DNA of 64,000 bases from an uncultured Pseudomonadota bacterium (GTDB taxonomy: Bacteria > Pseudomonadota > Alphaproteobacteria > JACZXZ01), in assembly GCA_963749075.1 (NCBI GenBank), contig CAVVLJ010000020.1, forward strand, positions 640,001 to 704,000, given 5' to 3'. Below are positions 52,948 through 62,511 of this stretch, piece by piece. Positions within the stretch are counted from its first letter, which is position 1. Each line of letters begins with the position of its first letter. The translations under genes and the position numbers were made by a program. The notes under the pieces were generated by a model that saw nothing but the letters and a program-made list of their open reading frames with translations, had not been told where the DNA came from and did no database searches.

Positions 52948-54366
52948 GCCGCGCAGCCCACTCGGCGGCGATGACAGAGAAGGTGGACCGCGCAGCCCGT
53001 GGCCAACTCTTGCGCATCGACCGCCAGGAAGATTTGTGCTTCGCGCTGTGGCACCCGAGCCGCGGTCGTAGCCGGACGACCGCGCTCATTGAGCGCCTCA
53101 TCCTGCCTGAAGAGGGGGACCGCCGGATTCACGGCAACGCGAGCTTCGAGCCGGCATTTTTCGAGCGCGCGCTCGGCACCGCCACGGCCCAAGGCGCCGG
53201 CTTGGCGCTTCTACACAGCCATCCGTACGGGCGCGGTTGGCAGGGCATGAGCAAGGACAACGTCGTCGCTGAGCAGGGCCATGCCGGGGCTACCTACGGC
53301 GCGACCGGCTCGCCTCTGGTAGGCTTGACGCTCGCTGGCGATGGCACGTGGAGCGCGCGGTTCTGGGATCGCACTGCACCGCGGACATATCCTGGTGCTT
53401 GGTGTGCCACGGTGCGGGTAATCGGCCAACGCCTCGTCACGATGTATAACCCCGCGCTCGCTCCGCCACCGCGACCGACCGACGAGCAGATCCGGACTAC
53501 CTCGGCCTGGGGCGAAAGCAGCCAAGAGGATCTGGTGCGCCTGCGCGTCGGTGTCGTCGGCGCCGGCAGCGTTGGTGGCATTGTTGCCGAGACTTCTCGC
53601 GCGAACCGGCTTCGAGGATGTGATGCTCATCGATTTCGATCATGTCGAGCGCCATAACCTCGACCGCCTGGTCTATGCGACGCGCGCCGACATCGGCGAG
53701 CTCAAGGTGGAGGTGTTGGCGGAGCATCTGCGCACTCGCGCGACCGCCGCGGCTTTCCGAGTCGAGCCAGTAACCGCCGCCGTGTACGAGGAGGAAGGCT
53801 TCCGGGCGGCTCTTGACTGTAACGTCCTCTTTTCCTGCGTCGACCGTCCGTGGGGCCGGTATGTGTTGAACCTCATCGCCTACGCCCACTTGATCCCGGT
53901 GATCGACGGTGGCATCGCCATCCGAACCAACCGGCTGGGCAAGCTGGCTGCGGCCGATTGGCGCGCGCACACCGCCATGGTTGAACGGTGCTGTCTGCAG
54001 TGCCTCGGTCAATACGACCCCAGCTTAGTACAGATGGAGCGCGAGGGACATCTCGACGATCCGCATTACATCGCCAGTTTGCCGAAAGACCTCCCGCTCA
54101 AGGCCCGCGAGAACGTCTTCGCCTTTGCCTTGTCCACCGGTAGCTTCCAGATGCTGCAACTGCTCGCCCTCGCGCTGGCGCCGCTTGATCAGTCGAACCC
54201 AGGCGCCCAGCGCTATCATTTTGTGGGCCATTTTATGGAGCCACCGGCTTTCAGTGCCTGCCGTCCGGGATGCTTGTTTCCCTCGCTCGCCGGGCACGGC
54301 GATTCGAGCGGATTGGCGGTCACGGGTGCACGGCCGATCAGGCCAAAGAATGACGCCAGCCCGTGA
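52944..54366 (+). CDS. JAB/MPN-like peptidase + ThiF/E1 activating enzyme fusion, 1-bp frameshift at about 53592
   Basis: N-terminal QED..HSHP..S JAB pattern; VGVVGAGSVG, IDFDHVE.HNLDR, K, FSCVD..R, P.IDGG, C..C; removing the A at 53592 joins track ORFs 52848-53657 and 53551-54366; ATGA overlap with the upstream gene. Confidence 0.85.
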
Positions 54367-54367
54367 T

Positions 54368-54443
54368 GTGAGCGATCCAAGGGTCTACGTCGGCTACGTA
54401 TTCCTCTACTCCTACGGCCTTGAGCGCAGAGTGTTGCTGGACG
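54368..54443 (+). pseudogene. Short remnant of a TerB_N-domain protein (Shango SngA-like)
   Basis: Translates VSDPRVYVGYVFLYSYGLERRVLLD, matching the GYVFL.FYGLERR signature as I recall it for TerB_N; no full gene present. Confidence 0.6.
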
Positions 54444-54496
54444 GCGCCGGTGACGCGCAAAATGCGCCAGGCACCCTCCGCCGGCCGCGGCTGGCT

Positions 54497-54537
54497 AATA
54501 TTGGGCTTGTCGATCACGGCGCCCGCCCTTATATGCA
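54497..54537 (+). repeat. Conserved upstream (promoter) block of hpnN copy 2
   Basis: AATATTGGGCTTGTCGATCACGGCGCCCGCCCTTATATGCA; 36/41 identical to 46662-46702. Confidence 0.75.
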
Positions 54538-54609
54538 CGCCTTGATGGCCGGACGGCGCCGAGGGGATGGTGCGTTGCTTTTGGCCGCAACCGGCTGTTC
54601 TCGCTGTCG

Positions 54610-57321
54610 ATGAGCCCTATACCCGTGCAGGCCGAGGTCCCGGAGGAACATCCGAGCGGCAGTGAGGCCGTGCCCGAGCACCGCCGCCGCCCGTTCGGAC
54701 CGCGCATCGCCTGGGCCCTCGGCTGGTGGGTCGAGCGGGTGCGGCGCTTTGCTTGGCCCGTGGTCGTCGCAGCGCTCTTGGCCACGCTCGCGGGCGGCGT
54801 CTACACCGTGCGGAATCTCCGCATGAATTCCGACAGCGACGCGCTCCTGTCCTCGGCGTTGCCCTATCGCCAGACGCTCAAGGCCTTCAGGACGGCATTT
54901 CCAGAGCTCCGGGGCAATCTCGTCGTCATCGTCGACGGCGACAGTCCCGACCGCGCCGAGGACGCGGCGAACGCGCTCGCCGCCAGGCTCGGCGCCGCGA
55001 GCGCGCTCTTCGAGGACGTCTATTTCCCTACCGGCGAGCCGTTCTTCCGCCGCGAGGGCCTGCTGTTCCTCGATAAGAAGGAGCTCCAGGATCTCTCGGA
55101 CCGCCTGGCGCAGGCCCAGCCGCTCCTCGGCGCGCTCGTCGAGGACCGCAGCCTGCGCGGCCTCTTCGGCGTGCTCCGCGAGGCCACGCTCGGCATCGAG
55201 CACGGCGAGGTCGCCCCCACCCTCCTGGTGCGCCCGCTCGAGGCGATCGGGGACACGGTCCAGGCCGGGCTCGAGGGCAGGCCGGCGCGCTTGAGCTGGC
55301 GCGACCTCATGACGGGTCTCCCCGACCGGCCGGCCGACCGGCGCCAGTTCATCCTCGTCAAGCCGCGGCTCGACCACGGCTCGCTCGCCCCCGCCGAGCG
55401 CGCGATCAAGGCCGTGCACGCCCTCGCGGCGGCGCTCGATCTCGATGCGCGGCACGGCGTGCGCGTGCGCGTGACGGGCGGCCCGGCGCTCGACGAGGAC
55501 GATTTGCGCAGCGCGCGGAACGGCGTCGGGCTCGCCAGCATGATCTCGCTCGTGCTCGTCTCCATCATCGTCTGCATCGGCCTGCGCTCGCCCAAGCTGA
55601 TCTTCGCGACGCTCGCGACGCTGATCCTGAGCCTGATATGGACCGCGGCCTTCGCCACGCTAGCCATCGGCTATCTCAACATGATCTCGATCGCCTTCGC
55701 CGTGCTCTTCATCGGCCTCGCGGTCGATTTCAGCATCCAGTTCGGGCTGCGCTACAAGGAGAGCGTGGATCACGGCGCCGGTCTCGCGGCAGCACTCGAG
55801 CGCGCGGCGCGGGGCACCGGCGTCGCGGTCGGCCTGGCCGCACTCTGCGCCGCGGTCGGCTTCTTCGCCTTCGTGCCGACCGACTATACGGGCCTCTCCC
55901 AGCTCGGCATCATCGCCGGCGGCGGCATGTTCATCGGGCTCTTCGCGACGCTGACGCTGCTGCCGGCGCTGCTGGCGCTCATGCCCATCAAGCCGAGCGC
56001 CCGGCCGATCGAGGAGAGGAACCGGCTCGTCGTGGCGGCGTTTCTCGACCGCCACGCGCGGGCGGTGTGCCTCGCGGCACTTGCCATCGGCCTCGTCTCG
56101 CTCGCGGCCGTTCCCTTCGCGCGCTTCGACTTCGATCCCATCAATCTCAAGAACCCGAACACCGAGTCGGTGCAGGCCTATTTGGAATTGACCAAGGACG
56201 CCGGCACCTCGCCCTATTCGCTCAACGTCGTGGCGCCGAACCTCGCGGATGCCGATGCGCTGGCCAAACGGCTCGACCGGCTGCCCGAGGTGGACAGCAC
56301 GGTGACGCTGAGCTCCTTCATTCCGCAGGGCGCCGCGGCAAAGCTGGGGCTCATCGATCAGATGGCGACCTTCCTGACGCCCGTGCTGCAGGAGCCCGAG
56401 CCGAAGCCGCCGCCGAGCGACGCCGAGCGGCGCGCCGCCTCGGAGGCGCTGCGCCAGGCCCTCGTCGAGCTCGCCGTCTCGCCCAAGGCGGGCGCCGTCG
56501 CCGCCTCCGCAAGGCGCCTGGCCGAGCTGCTCGCGCGCTTCAACGACGGCCCCGGCAGGGATCTCGCCGCCTATAGCCGGCTCGAGACCGCCCTCGTCGG
56601 CAACCTGCCGGGCCGTCTCGACAGCCTCATCGACCTCATGCAGGCGGGACCCGTCACCTACGGCACGCTGCCGTACAATCTGCGGGAGCGCTACGTCACC
56701 CCCGACGGCCGCGCGCGCGTCGAGATCTTCCCGGCTCAGAATCTCACCAACGAGGTCGCCTTGCGCCGCTTCGTCGAGTCCGTGCGCACCGTGGCGCCCG
56801 ATGCCACCGGGGCACCCGTCGAGCTCCTCGAAGGCGGCAAGCTCGTCATCGGCGCCTTCGAGCAGGCGGGCGCCATAGCGCTCGTCGCCATCAGCCTGCT
56901 CCTCGTCCTCGTGCTGCGCAGCGTTTGGGACTCCCTCCTCGTGCTCTTGCCGCTGGCGCTCGCGGCGGCGCTCACGGTGGCCCTCGTCGTGGTGACCGGG
57001 CAGGCCTTCAATTTCGCCAATATCATCGCACTGCCGCTCCTCTTCAGCCTCGGCGTCGCCTTCGGCATCTACTTCGTGCTGCGCCACCGCGAGACCCGCG
57101 GGGTCGCCCAGCTCATGCGCACCAGCACGCCGCGCGCGGTGCTCTTCTCGGCGCTCACCACCATGGTCTCGTTCTCGAGCCTCATGGTGTCGAGCCACCG
57201 CGGGATGGCGAGCATGGGCTATCTCCTCGGCATCTGCCTGTCGCTGGCGCTGATCTGCACCCTCGTCGTGCTGCCCGCACTCCTCACCTGGCGCGAGCAG
57301 CATCGCGGGGAGACGCCATGA
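54610..57321 (+). CDS. hpnN: Hopanoid RND/MMPL exporter HpnN, copy 2 (intact)
   Basis: 903 aa; same motifs as copy 1; overlaps the hpnA start. Confidence 0.92.
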   Translation: MSPIPVQAEVPEEHPSGSEAVPEHRRRPFGPRIAWALGWWVERVRRFAWPVVVAALLATLAGGVYTVRNLRMNSDSDALLSSALPYRQTLKAFRTAFPELRGNLVVIVDGDSPDRAEDAANALAARLGAASALFEDVYFPTGEPFFRREGLLFLDKKELQDLSDRLAQAQPLLGALVEDRSLRGLFGVLREATLGIEHGEVAPTLLVRPLEAIGDTVQAGLEGRPARLSWRDLMTGLPDRPADRRQFILVKPRLDHGSLAPAERAIKAVHALAAALDLDARHGVRVRVTGGPALDEDDLRSARNGVGLASMISLVLVSIIVCIGLRSPKLIFATLATLILSLIWTAAFATLAIGYLNMISIAFAVLFIGLAVDFSIQFGLRYKESVDHGAGLAAALERAARGTGVAVGLAALCAAVGFFAFVPTDYTGLSQLGIIAGGGMFIGLFATLTLLPALLALMPIKPSARPIEERNRLVVAAFLDRHARAVCLAALAIGLVSLAAVPFARFDFDPINLKNPNTESVQAYLELTKDAGTSPYSLNVVAPNLADADALAKRLDRLPEVDSTVTLSSFIPQGAAAKLGLIDQMATFLTPVLQEPEPKPPPSDAERRAASEALRQALVELAVSPKAGAVAASARRLAELLARFNDGPGRDLAAYSRLETALVGNLPGRLDSLIDLMQAGPVTYGTLPYNLRERYVTPDGRARVEIFPAQNLTNEVALRRFVESVRTVAPDATGAPVELLEGGKLVIGAFEQAGAIALVAISLLLVLVLRSVWDSLLVLLPLALAAALTVALVVVTGQAFNFANIIALPLLFSLGVAFGIYFVLRHRETRGVAQLMRTSTPRAVLFSALTTMVSFSSLMVSSHRGMASMGYLLGICLSLALICTLVVLPALLTWREQHRGETP

Positions 57322-58313
57322 GGGCGCTCGTCACCGGTGCCGCGGGCTTCATCGGCTCGGCCGTGCTCCGCCGCGCCATCGAGGAGGGCTTCGAGACCGT
57401 GGCCCTCGTCCGCGCGGGCAGCGACCGGCGCAACCTCGCGGGGCTGCCGTGCGAGCTGCGCCAGGGCGATCTCGGCGACCCGCCGTCGCTCGCGGCCGCA
57501 CTCGAGGGCTGCCAGGCGCTCTTCCACGTCGCCGCCGATTACCGCCTCTGGGTGCCCAAGCCGGAGGCGATCTACCGCACCAACGTGGAGGGCACGCTGA
57601 GCCTGATGCGCGCTGCCCTCGCGGCGCGGCTCTCCCGCATCGTCTACACGAGCAGCGTGGCCACGCTCGGACTCAATCCCGACGGCACGCCGGCGGACGA
57701 GGACACCCCCTCCACGCTTGCCGACATGATCGGGCACTACAAGCGCTCCAAGTTCCTCGCCGAGGAGGAGGTGAGGCGCCTCGTGCGCGAGGAGGGGCTG
57801 CCGGCCGTCATCGTCAATCCCTCGGCGCCCATCGGTCCGCGCGACGTGCGCCCGACCCCGACCGGGCGCATGATCGTCGAGGCGGCGAGCGGCAAGATGC
57901 CGGCTTATGTGGATACCGGGCTCAACGTCGTCCACGTCGACGACGTGGCGCACGGCCATCTCCTTGCCTTCGCGCGCGGCAGGCTCGGCGAGCGCTACAT
58001 CCTGGGCGGCGACAACATGTCGCTCAGGCAGATTCTCGCCGAGGTGGCGCGGCTCACCGGCCGCCCGCCGCCGCGCATCCGCCTGCCGCACAATCTCGTG
58101 CTGCCCATCGCCTATGCGGCCGAGGCCTGGGCGCGCCTCGCCGGGCGCGGCGAACCCATCGCCACGGTCGACGGCGTGCGGCTCGCCAAGAAATATATGT
58201 ATTTCAAGTCCGACAAGGCGGCGCGCGAGCTCGGCTATGGCGCGCGTCCGGCGGCCGAGGCCATCGCCGACGCCGTTCGCTGGTTCGGGGCGAACGGCTA
58301 TCTCAACGGCTGA
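57318..58313 (+). CDS. hpnA: Hopanoid-associated sugar epimerase/NAD-dependent dehydratase
   Basis: LVTGAAGFIG, FHVAADYRLW, YKRSK, PIGPRD.RPTPTG, PAYVDTGLN. Confidence 0.93.
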   Translation: MRALVTGAAGFIGSAVLRRAIEEGFETVALVRAGSDRRNLAGLPCELRQGDLGDPPSLAAALEGCQALFHVAADYRLWVPKPEAIYRTNVEGTLSLMRAALAARLSRIVYTSSVATLGLNPDGTPADEDTPSTLADMIGHYKRSKFLAEEEVRRLVREEGLPAVIVNPSAPIGPRDVRPTPTGRMIVEAASGKMPAYVDTGLNVVHVDDVAHGHLLAFARGRLGERYILGGDNMSLRQILAEVARLTGRPPPRIRLPHNLVLPIAYAAEAWARLAGRGEPIATVDGVRLAKKYMYFKSDKAARELGYGARPAAEAIADAVRWFGANGYLNG

Positions 58314-58341
58314 TGCGCGTCTCGCAACCGTGGCCCGCGCG

Positions 58342-59712
58342 TCACGATTCGCGGTCTGCCGGCGCCGTCTGATCGAGCCTGCCGATGAGCGCCTCAACGC
58401 AATCGGCCCAGGTTCGGGGACGGTATTCGGCCAGCAGCCGCGCCTCCCGTGCCGCCAGATAGCCGGGATCGAAGAGCAACCTCTCGATCTTCGCCAGCGC
58501 GTCCTCATCGTTCGACGGATCGAAATAATCGACGAAGTCGCCGCCCACCTCGGGGATCGATGTGCGGTCCGAGGCGACGCAGAACTTGCCCTGCGCGAGG
58601 CTTTCCGCGATCGGCAATCCCCAGCCCTCGCAAAGGCTCGGAAATATCGTGAACCAGCAGGACCGATAAGCCTCGCGCAGCTCGGCATCCGACAAGTCGG
58701 GCATGAGCTTGACCTTGCCGCCCAGGTAGTCGCTCGCCGCGAGGTCCGCGAGCAAGTCGTCCACCAGCCAGCCGATCTGGCCGGCGAAGATGAGGACCGG
58801 TATGGCATCCGCGCCGTGACGCTCCAGCAACCGCCGCCATATTCTGACGAGCATCCGGTGATTCTTGCGGATTTCAATCGTGGAAACGAACAGCACGTAG
58901 CGCTGAGGAAGGCGGAGCGTTTTCCGGTCCCCGGCGAGCGGCCGGTCGCTCAAGGCGGCGCCCGGCTCCAGGACCTCGACGCGAGGCAGCGACCATCCCG
59001 CGGCTGCGGCCAGGCTCAAGAGCGCATCCCGCGAATACTTCGACACGGTGAGCACCACATCCGCAATGGGTATGGCCTCTTGCAGCCACTTCCGGAATTG
59101 GAGAACGTGCCGTTGCTCGACAAAGGATTCGTTTTCGATCGGAATGAGATCGTAGATCAGGGTCGAGAACTTGATCCCGTAGCGCCGCTTCGCTTCGGCA
59201 ATACGCTGCGCGTAGCGAGGCAATGCCCAGGAGGCGCCGAGCGAAACGAGGATGTCGCCGCGGCGCACGGAGCGCTCGAAACGGCGGCGCTGGCTTCTCA
59301 TCTCGACGAGGTCGCGAAGCGCCGCCTTGAATATCCAGAAGAAAAATCGCGGATGACGGATGATCGCGGGCAGCATTTTGGAGCATTCGCTCAAGACCCG
59401 CGCCGGCTCCCAGACCGTCTTCCACGGGGCGCCGGCGCCTGGGGGGTTCAAGTAGGCCGAGATGACCGCATCGAACCCGATGGGCTCGAATTGCTTGCTG
59501 TACACGCTGAGCCGGCAAAACCTCACGCGTCCCGTACGGCCGTAAAGCCTCTCGGCCTCGACGAAAATCTCGAACGGCACGCGTTGCAGGCCGGTCGGGT
59601 TGCGAAAGTGATCGAAATACCGGAGAAAATCCTCGACTTCGAACCACACGACGGGCTGGCCGTTCGCCCGGGCGCAATCGTCTCGGTCAGCTGGTTCGTC
59701 GATACGGTTCAT
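58342..59712 (-). CDS. GT-B glycosyltransferase (GT4, LPS mannosyltransferase-like)
   Basis: TGLQRV, YDLIP, VSTIEIRKNH, FPSLCEGWGLPIAESL..GK, S.PEVGG; start uncertain (59712 or upstream). Confidence 0.9.
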   Translation of the reverse strand: MNRIDEPADRDDCARANGQPVVWFEVEDFLRYFDHFRNPTGLQRVPFEIFVEAERLYGRTGRVRFCRLSVYSKQFEPIGFDAVISAYLNPPGAGAPWKTVWEPARVLSECSKMLPAIIRHPRFFFWIFKAALRDLVEMRSQRRRFERSVRRGDILVSLGASWALPRYAQRIAEAKRRYGIKFSTLIYDLIPIENESFVEQRHVLQFRKWLQEAIPIADVVLTVSKYSRDALLSLAAAAGWSLPRVEVLEPGAALSDRPLAGDRKTLRLPQRYVLFVSTIEIRKNHRMLVRIWRRLLERHGADAIPVLIFAGQIGWLVDDLLADLAASDYLGGKVKLMPDLSDAELREAYRSCWFTIFPSLCEGWGLPIAESLAQGKFCVASDRTSIPEVGGDFVDYFDPSNDEDALAKIERLLFDPGYLAAREARLLAEYRPRTWADCVEALIGRLDQTAPADRES

Positions 59713-60377
59713 GTGGCCGTTCCCAGATTGCGCCCGCTCGTGTCGGCCGGCAATCGAGATCGCGGCCCTTAGGATGTTCACCCGATATTCCCCAAATGAC
59801 CAGGGATCGGCGTGAAAGATAACAGTCCGCCGGGATACGTGAAATGCAATTGGCGAGGTGCGCAAGGCCCCCTGCGCCGGGTACGGGCGGGACCGCTCTG
59901 GGGAGGCCGGCTCGGCCCTTGCCCGCGTCTCATTCGGAAACAGTCCCCTCGTTGTGGCGACGCATGCGACCGCCCCGGTTGCTACGCGGGGGCCGGTCTT
60001 ATCCTGCGCCGGCCCGCGGTCGCCGTCAGGCTCGCTCGGCCTTCTATGACCATTCGGCCATTACGCTTGAATTGCCGCGAGAACGACGCAAATTATGGCG
60101 TCATCCGGAGGTGCTCGGGTTGCGCGCGCGCGATCGCCTCCGGCTTGAGGGGCGATGCCCCCGGAGGGGCATGGTTGAAGGTTCTCGGAATGTGCCGCGC
60201 GCGGTGCCGCCGCCGGGCGATTCCGTGGCGTGGGGCGTCGATTCATGTTATTGAGCCGGGGGGGGAGAGCCCGGCTGGCTAGGGCCGGGTTCGATGAGGA
60301 AGTGGTTAGGCTGCAACGGGGAAGGCGGCGGGCAGGCCGGCCGCGCCGCGTTGCATAAGCGAGCGAAAGAGGGGTGC

Positions 60378-61313
60378 ATGCGGGTCGTCCTTGCCCAACC
60401 GAGGGGGTTCTGCGCCGGCGTCGAGCGCGCCATCGAGATCGTCGAGCGCGCCCTCAAGCGCTACGGTCCGCCTGTCTACGTGCGCCACGAGATCGTGCAC
60501 AACAAGCGCGTGGTCGAGGACCTCAAGGCCAAGGGCGCCATCTTCGTCGAGGAGCTCGACGGGGTGCCGAAGGGCGCCATCACGGTGTTCAGCGCCCACG
60601 GCGTCGCCCAGACCGTCGAGGACGAGGCGATGGGCCGCGAGCTGCCCGTGATCGACGCCACCTGCCCGCTCGTCGCCAAGGTGCACAAGGAAGGCCAGCG
60701 CTACTCGGAGAGCGGCTACGAGGTGGTGCTCATCGGGCACAAGGGCCACCCCGAGGTCGAGGGCACCATGGGCCGCATCCCGGGCAAGGTGCATCTCGTC
60801 TCCAAGGCGGGCGACGTGGCCAAGCTCACCGTGAGCGACCCGAGCAGGCTCGCCTACGTCACCCAGACGACGCTCTCGGTCGACGACACCCGCGAGGTGA
60901 TCGAGGCGCTGCGCCGGCGCTTCCCGCGCATCCTCGGGCCGGACGTGAAGGACATCTGCTACGCCACCCAGAACCGCCAGGCGGCGGTGCGCGAGCTCGC
61001 GCGCGAGGTCGACGTGATCCTCGTGGTCGGCGCCAAGAACAGCTCAAATTCCAACCGGCTCCGCGAGATCGGCTCCGAGATGGGGGTGGCGAGCTACCTG
61101 ATCGACGACGCCGGCCAGCTCGATCCGCGCTGGCTCAAAGGGGCGGAGGCGGTGGGGATCACGGCCGGCGCCTCGGCGCCGGAGGAGCTGGTGCAGGAGC
61201 TCATCGCGCGGCTCAGGGACTTCGATCAGGTCGAGGTGAGCGTGCTCGACGGCATCCAGGAGAACGTGCAGTTCAAGCTGCCGGCCGAGCTGCGCGACGA
61301 GGCCGTCGCCTGA
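60378..61313 (+). CDS. ispH: 4-hydroxy-3-methylbut-2-enyl diphosphate reductase
   Basis: [50 protein letters not shown]. Confidence 0.98.
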   Translation: MRVVLAQPRGFCAGVERAIEIVERALKRYGPPVYVRHEIVHNKRVVEDLKAKGAIFVEELDGVPKGAITVFSAHGVAQTVEDEAMGRELPVIDATCPLVAKVHKEGQRYSESGYEVVLIGHKGHPEVEGTMGRIPGKVHLVSKAGDVAKLTVSDPSRLAYVTQTTLSVDDTREVIEALRRRFPRILGPDVKDICYATQNRQAAVRELAREVDVILVVGAKNSSNSNRLREIGSEMGVASYLIDDAGQLDPRWLKGAEAVGITAGASAPEELVQELIARLRDFDQVEVSVLDGIQENVQFKLPAELRDEAVA

Positions 61314-61359
61314 GCCGGGGCGCGGCACGAGGGGAAGCGATTTCGCGAGGAGTTGAGAC

Positions 61360-62511
61360 GTGGGCGTACCTTTGATCCAGATGATGCGCGTCGGCGCATA
61401 TATCGTGAAGCAGCAGCTCTTGGGCAAAAAGCGCTACCCGCTCGTGCTCATGCTCGAGCCGCTCTTCCGCTGCAACCTCGCCTGCCCCGGCTGCGGCAAG
61501 ATCGACTATCCGGACGAGATCCTGAACAAGCGCCTCTCCGTGGCCGAATGCCTCGAGGCGGTCGACGAGTGCGGGGCACCGGTGGTCTCGATCCCGGGCG
61601 GCGAGCCGCTCCTCCACAAGGAGATCGACAAGATCGTGGCGGGCATCGTCGCGCGCAAGAAGTTCGTCTATCTCTGCACCAACGCGCTGCTCCTCGAGAA
61701 GAAGCTCGACCTCTTCACGCCGTCGCCCTATCTCACCTTCTCCGTGCACCTCGACGGGCTCAAGGAGGAGCACGATCACGCGGTGGCGCAAGCGGGCGTC
61801 TTCGAGCGCGCCACCGCCGCCGTCGCCAAGGCCAAGGCGCGGGGCTTCCGGGTGAGCGTCAATGCCACGCTCTTCGACGGGCTCGACCCCGACCGCATCG
61901 CCTCCTTCCTCGACTACGCGAGCTTCGAGCTCAAGGTCGACGCCATCACCATCTCGCCGGGCTACGCCTACGAGCGCGCACCCGACCAGCAGCACTTCCT
62001 CAACCGCCAGAAGACCAAGCAGCTCTTCCGCGAGGTGTTCAAGCGCGGCCGCGGCAAGAAGTGGCGCTTCTCCCAGTCGAGCCTCTTCCTCGATTTCCTC
62101 GCCGGCAACCAGCAGTATCATTGCACGCCGTGGGGCAACCCGACGCGCAACGTCTTCGGCTGGCAGCGGCCGTGCTATCTCCTGGGCGAAGGCTATGCGC
62201 GGAGCTTCAGCGAGCTCATGGCGACGACCGAGTGGGAGAAATACGGCACGGGCAATTACGAGAAATGCGCCAACTGCATGGTGCATTGCGGCTACGAGCC
62301 GACCGCGGCCGACGATTCGCTGCGCCATCCCTTGAAGGCCTTCATGGTCTCGCTGCGCGGGCCCAAGACCGAGGGCCCGATGGTGGCGGACATCCCCCTC
62401 GACCGGCAGCGGCCCGCGGAATACGTCTTCGAGGCCAATGTGCAGAAGGCGCTCGGCGAGCTACACGAGGAAGCCGAACGCCGGGCCAAGGTCGGCAGCC
62501 AGGCGGCCTAG
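61360..62511 (+). CDS. hpnH: Adenosyl-hopene transferase (radical SAM)
   Basis: [20 protein letters not shown] (CxxxCxxC), [27 protein letters not shown]. Confidence 0.97.
   Translation: MGVPLIQMMRVGAYIVKQQLLGKKRYPLVLMLEPLFRCNLACPGCGKIDYPDEILNKRLSVAECLEAVDECGAPVVSIPGGEPLLHKEIDKIVAGIVARKKFVYLCTNALLLEKKLDLFTPSPYLTFSVHLDGLKEEHDHAVAQAGVFERATAAVAKAKARGFRVSVNATLFDGLDPDRIASFLDYASFELKVDAITISPGYAYERAPDQQHFLNRQKTKQLFREVFKRGRGKKWRFSQSSLFLDFLAGNQQYHCTPWGNPTRNVFGWQRPCYLLGEGYARSFSELMATTEWEKYGTGNYEKCANCMVHCGYEPTAADDSLRHPLKAFMVSLRGPKTEGPMVADIPLDRQRPAEYVFEANVQKALGELHEEAERRAKVGSQAA

Larger units (their letters stand above)
49490..54490. mobile_element. Putative horizontally acquired defence island between the hpnN paralogs (no integrase seen)
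   Basis: Abrupt shift to more A/T-ending codons; defence-type gene content; interrupts the hopanoid locus; boundaries approximate. Confidence 0.65.

Noticed and set aside
53580-53600. Programmed ribosomal frameshift in the E1 gene
   Set aside because: No slippery heptamer, the shift falls inside the nucleotide-binding fold, and similar indels hit unrelated neighbouring genes.
49673-54366. Interpreting the island as CBASS/Pycsar, a prophage/ICE, or thiamine/molybdopterin biosynthesis
   Set aside because: No CD-NTase, cyclase or effector, no integrase, att repeats or phage genes, and no ThiS/MoaD pathway genes. The E2-like and JAB domains point to protein conjugation instead.
59713-60377. Long intergenic region with several short ORFs before ispH
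   Set aside because: The ORFs lack motifs and host-like codon usage, and I could not recognise a structured RNA. It is treated as a divergent promoter region.
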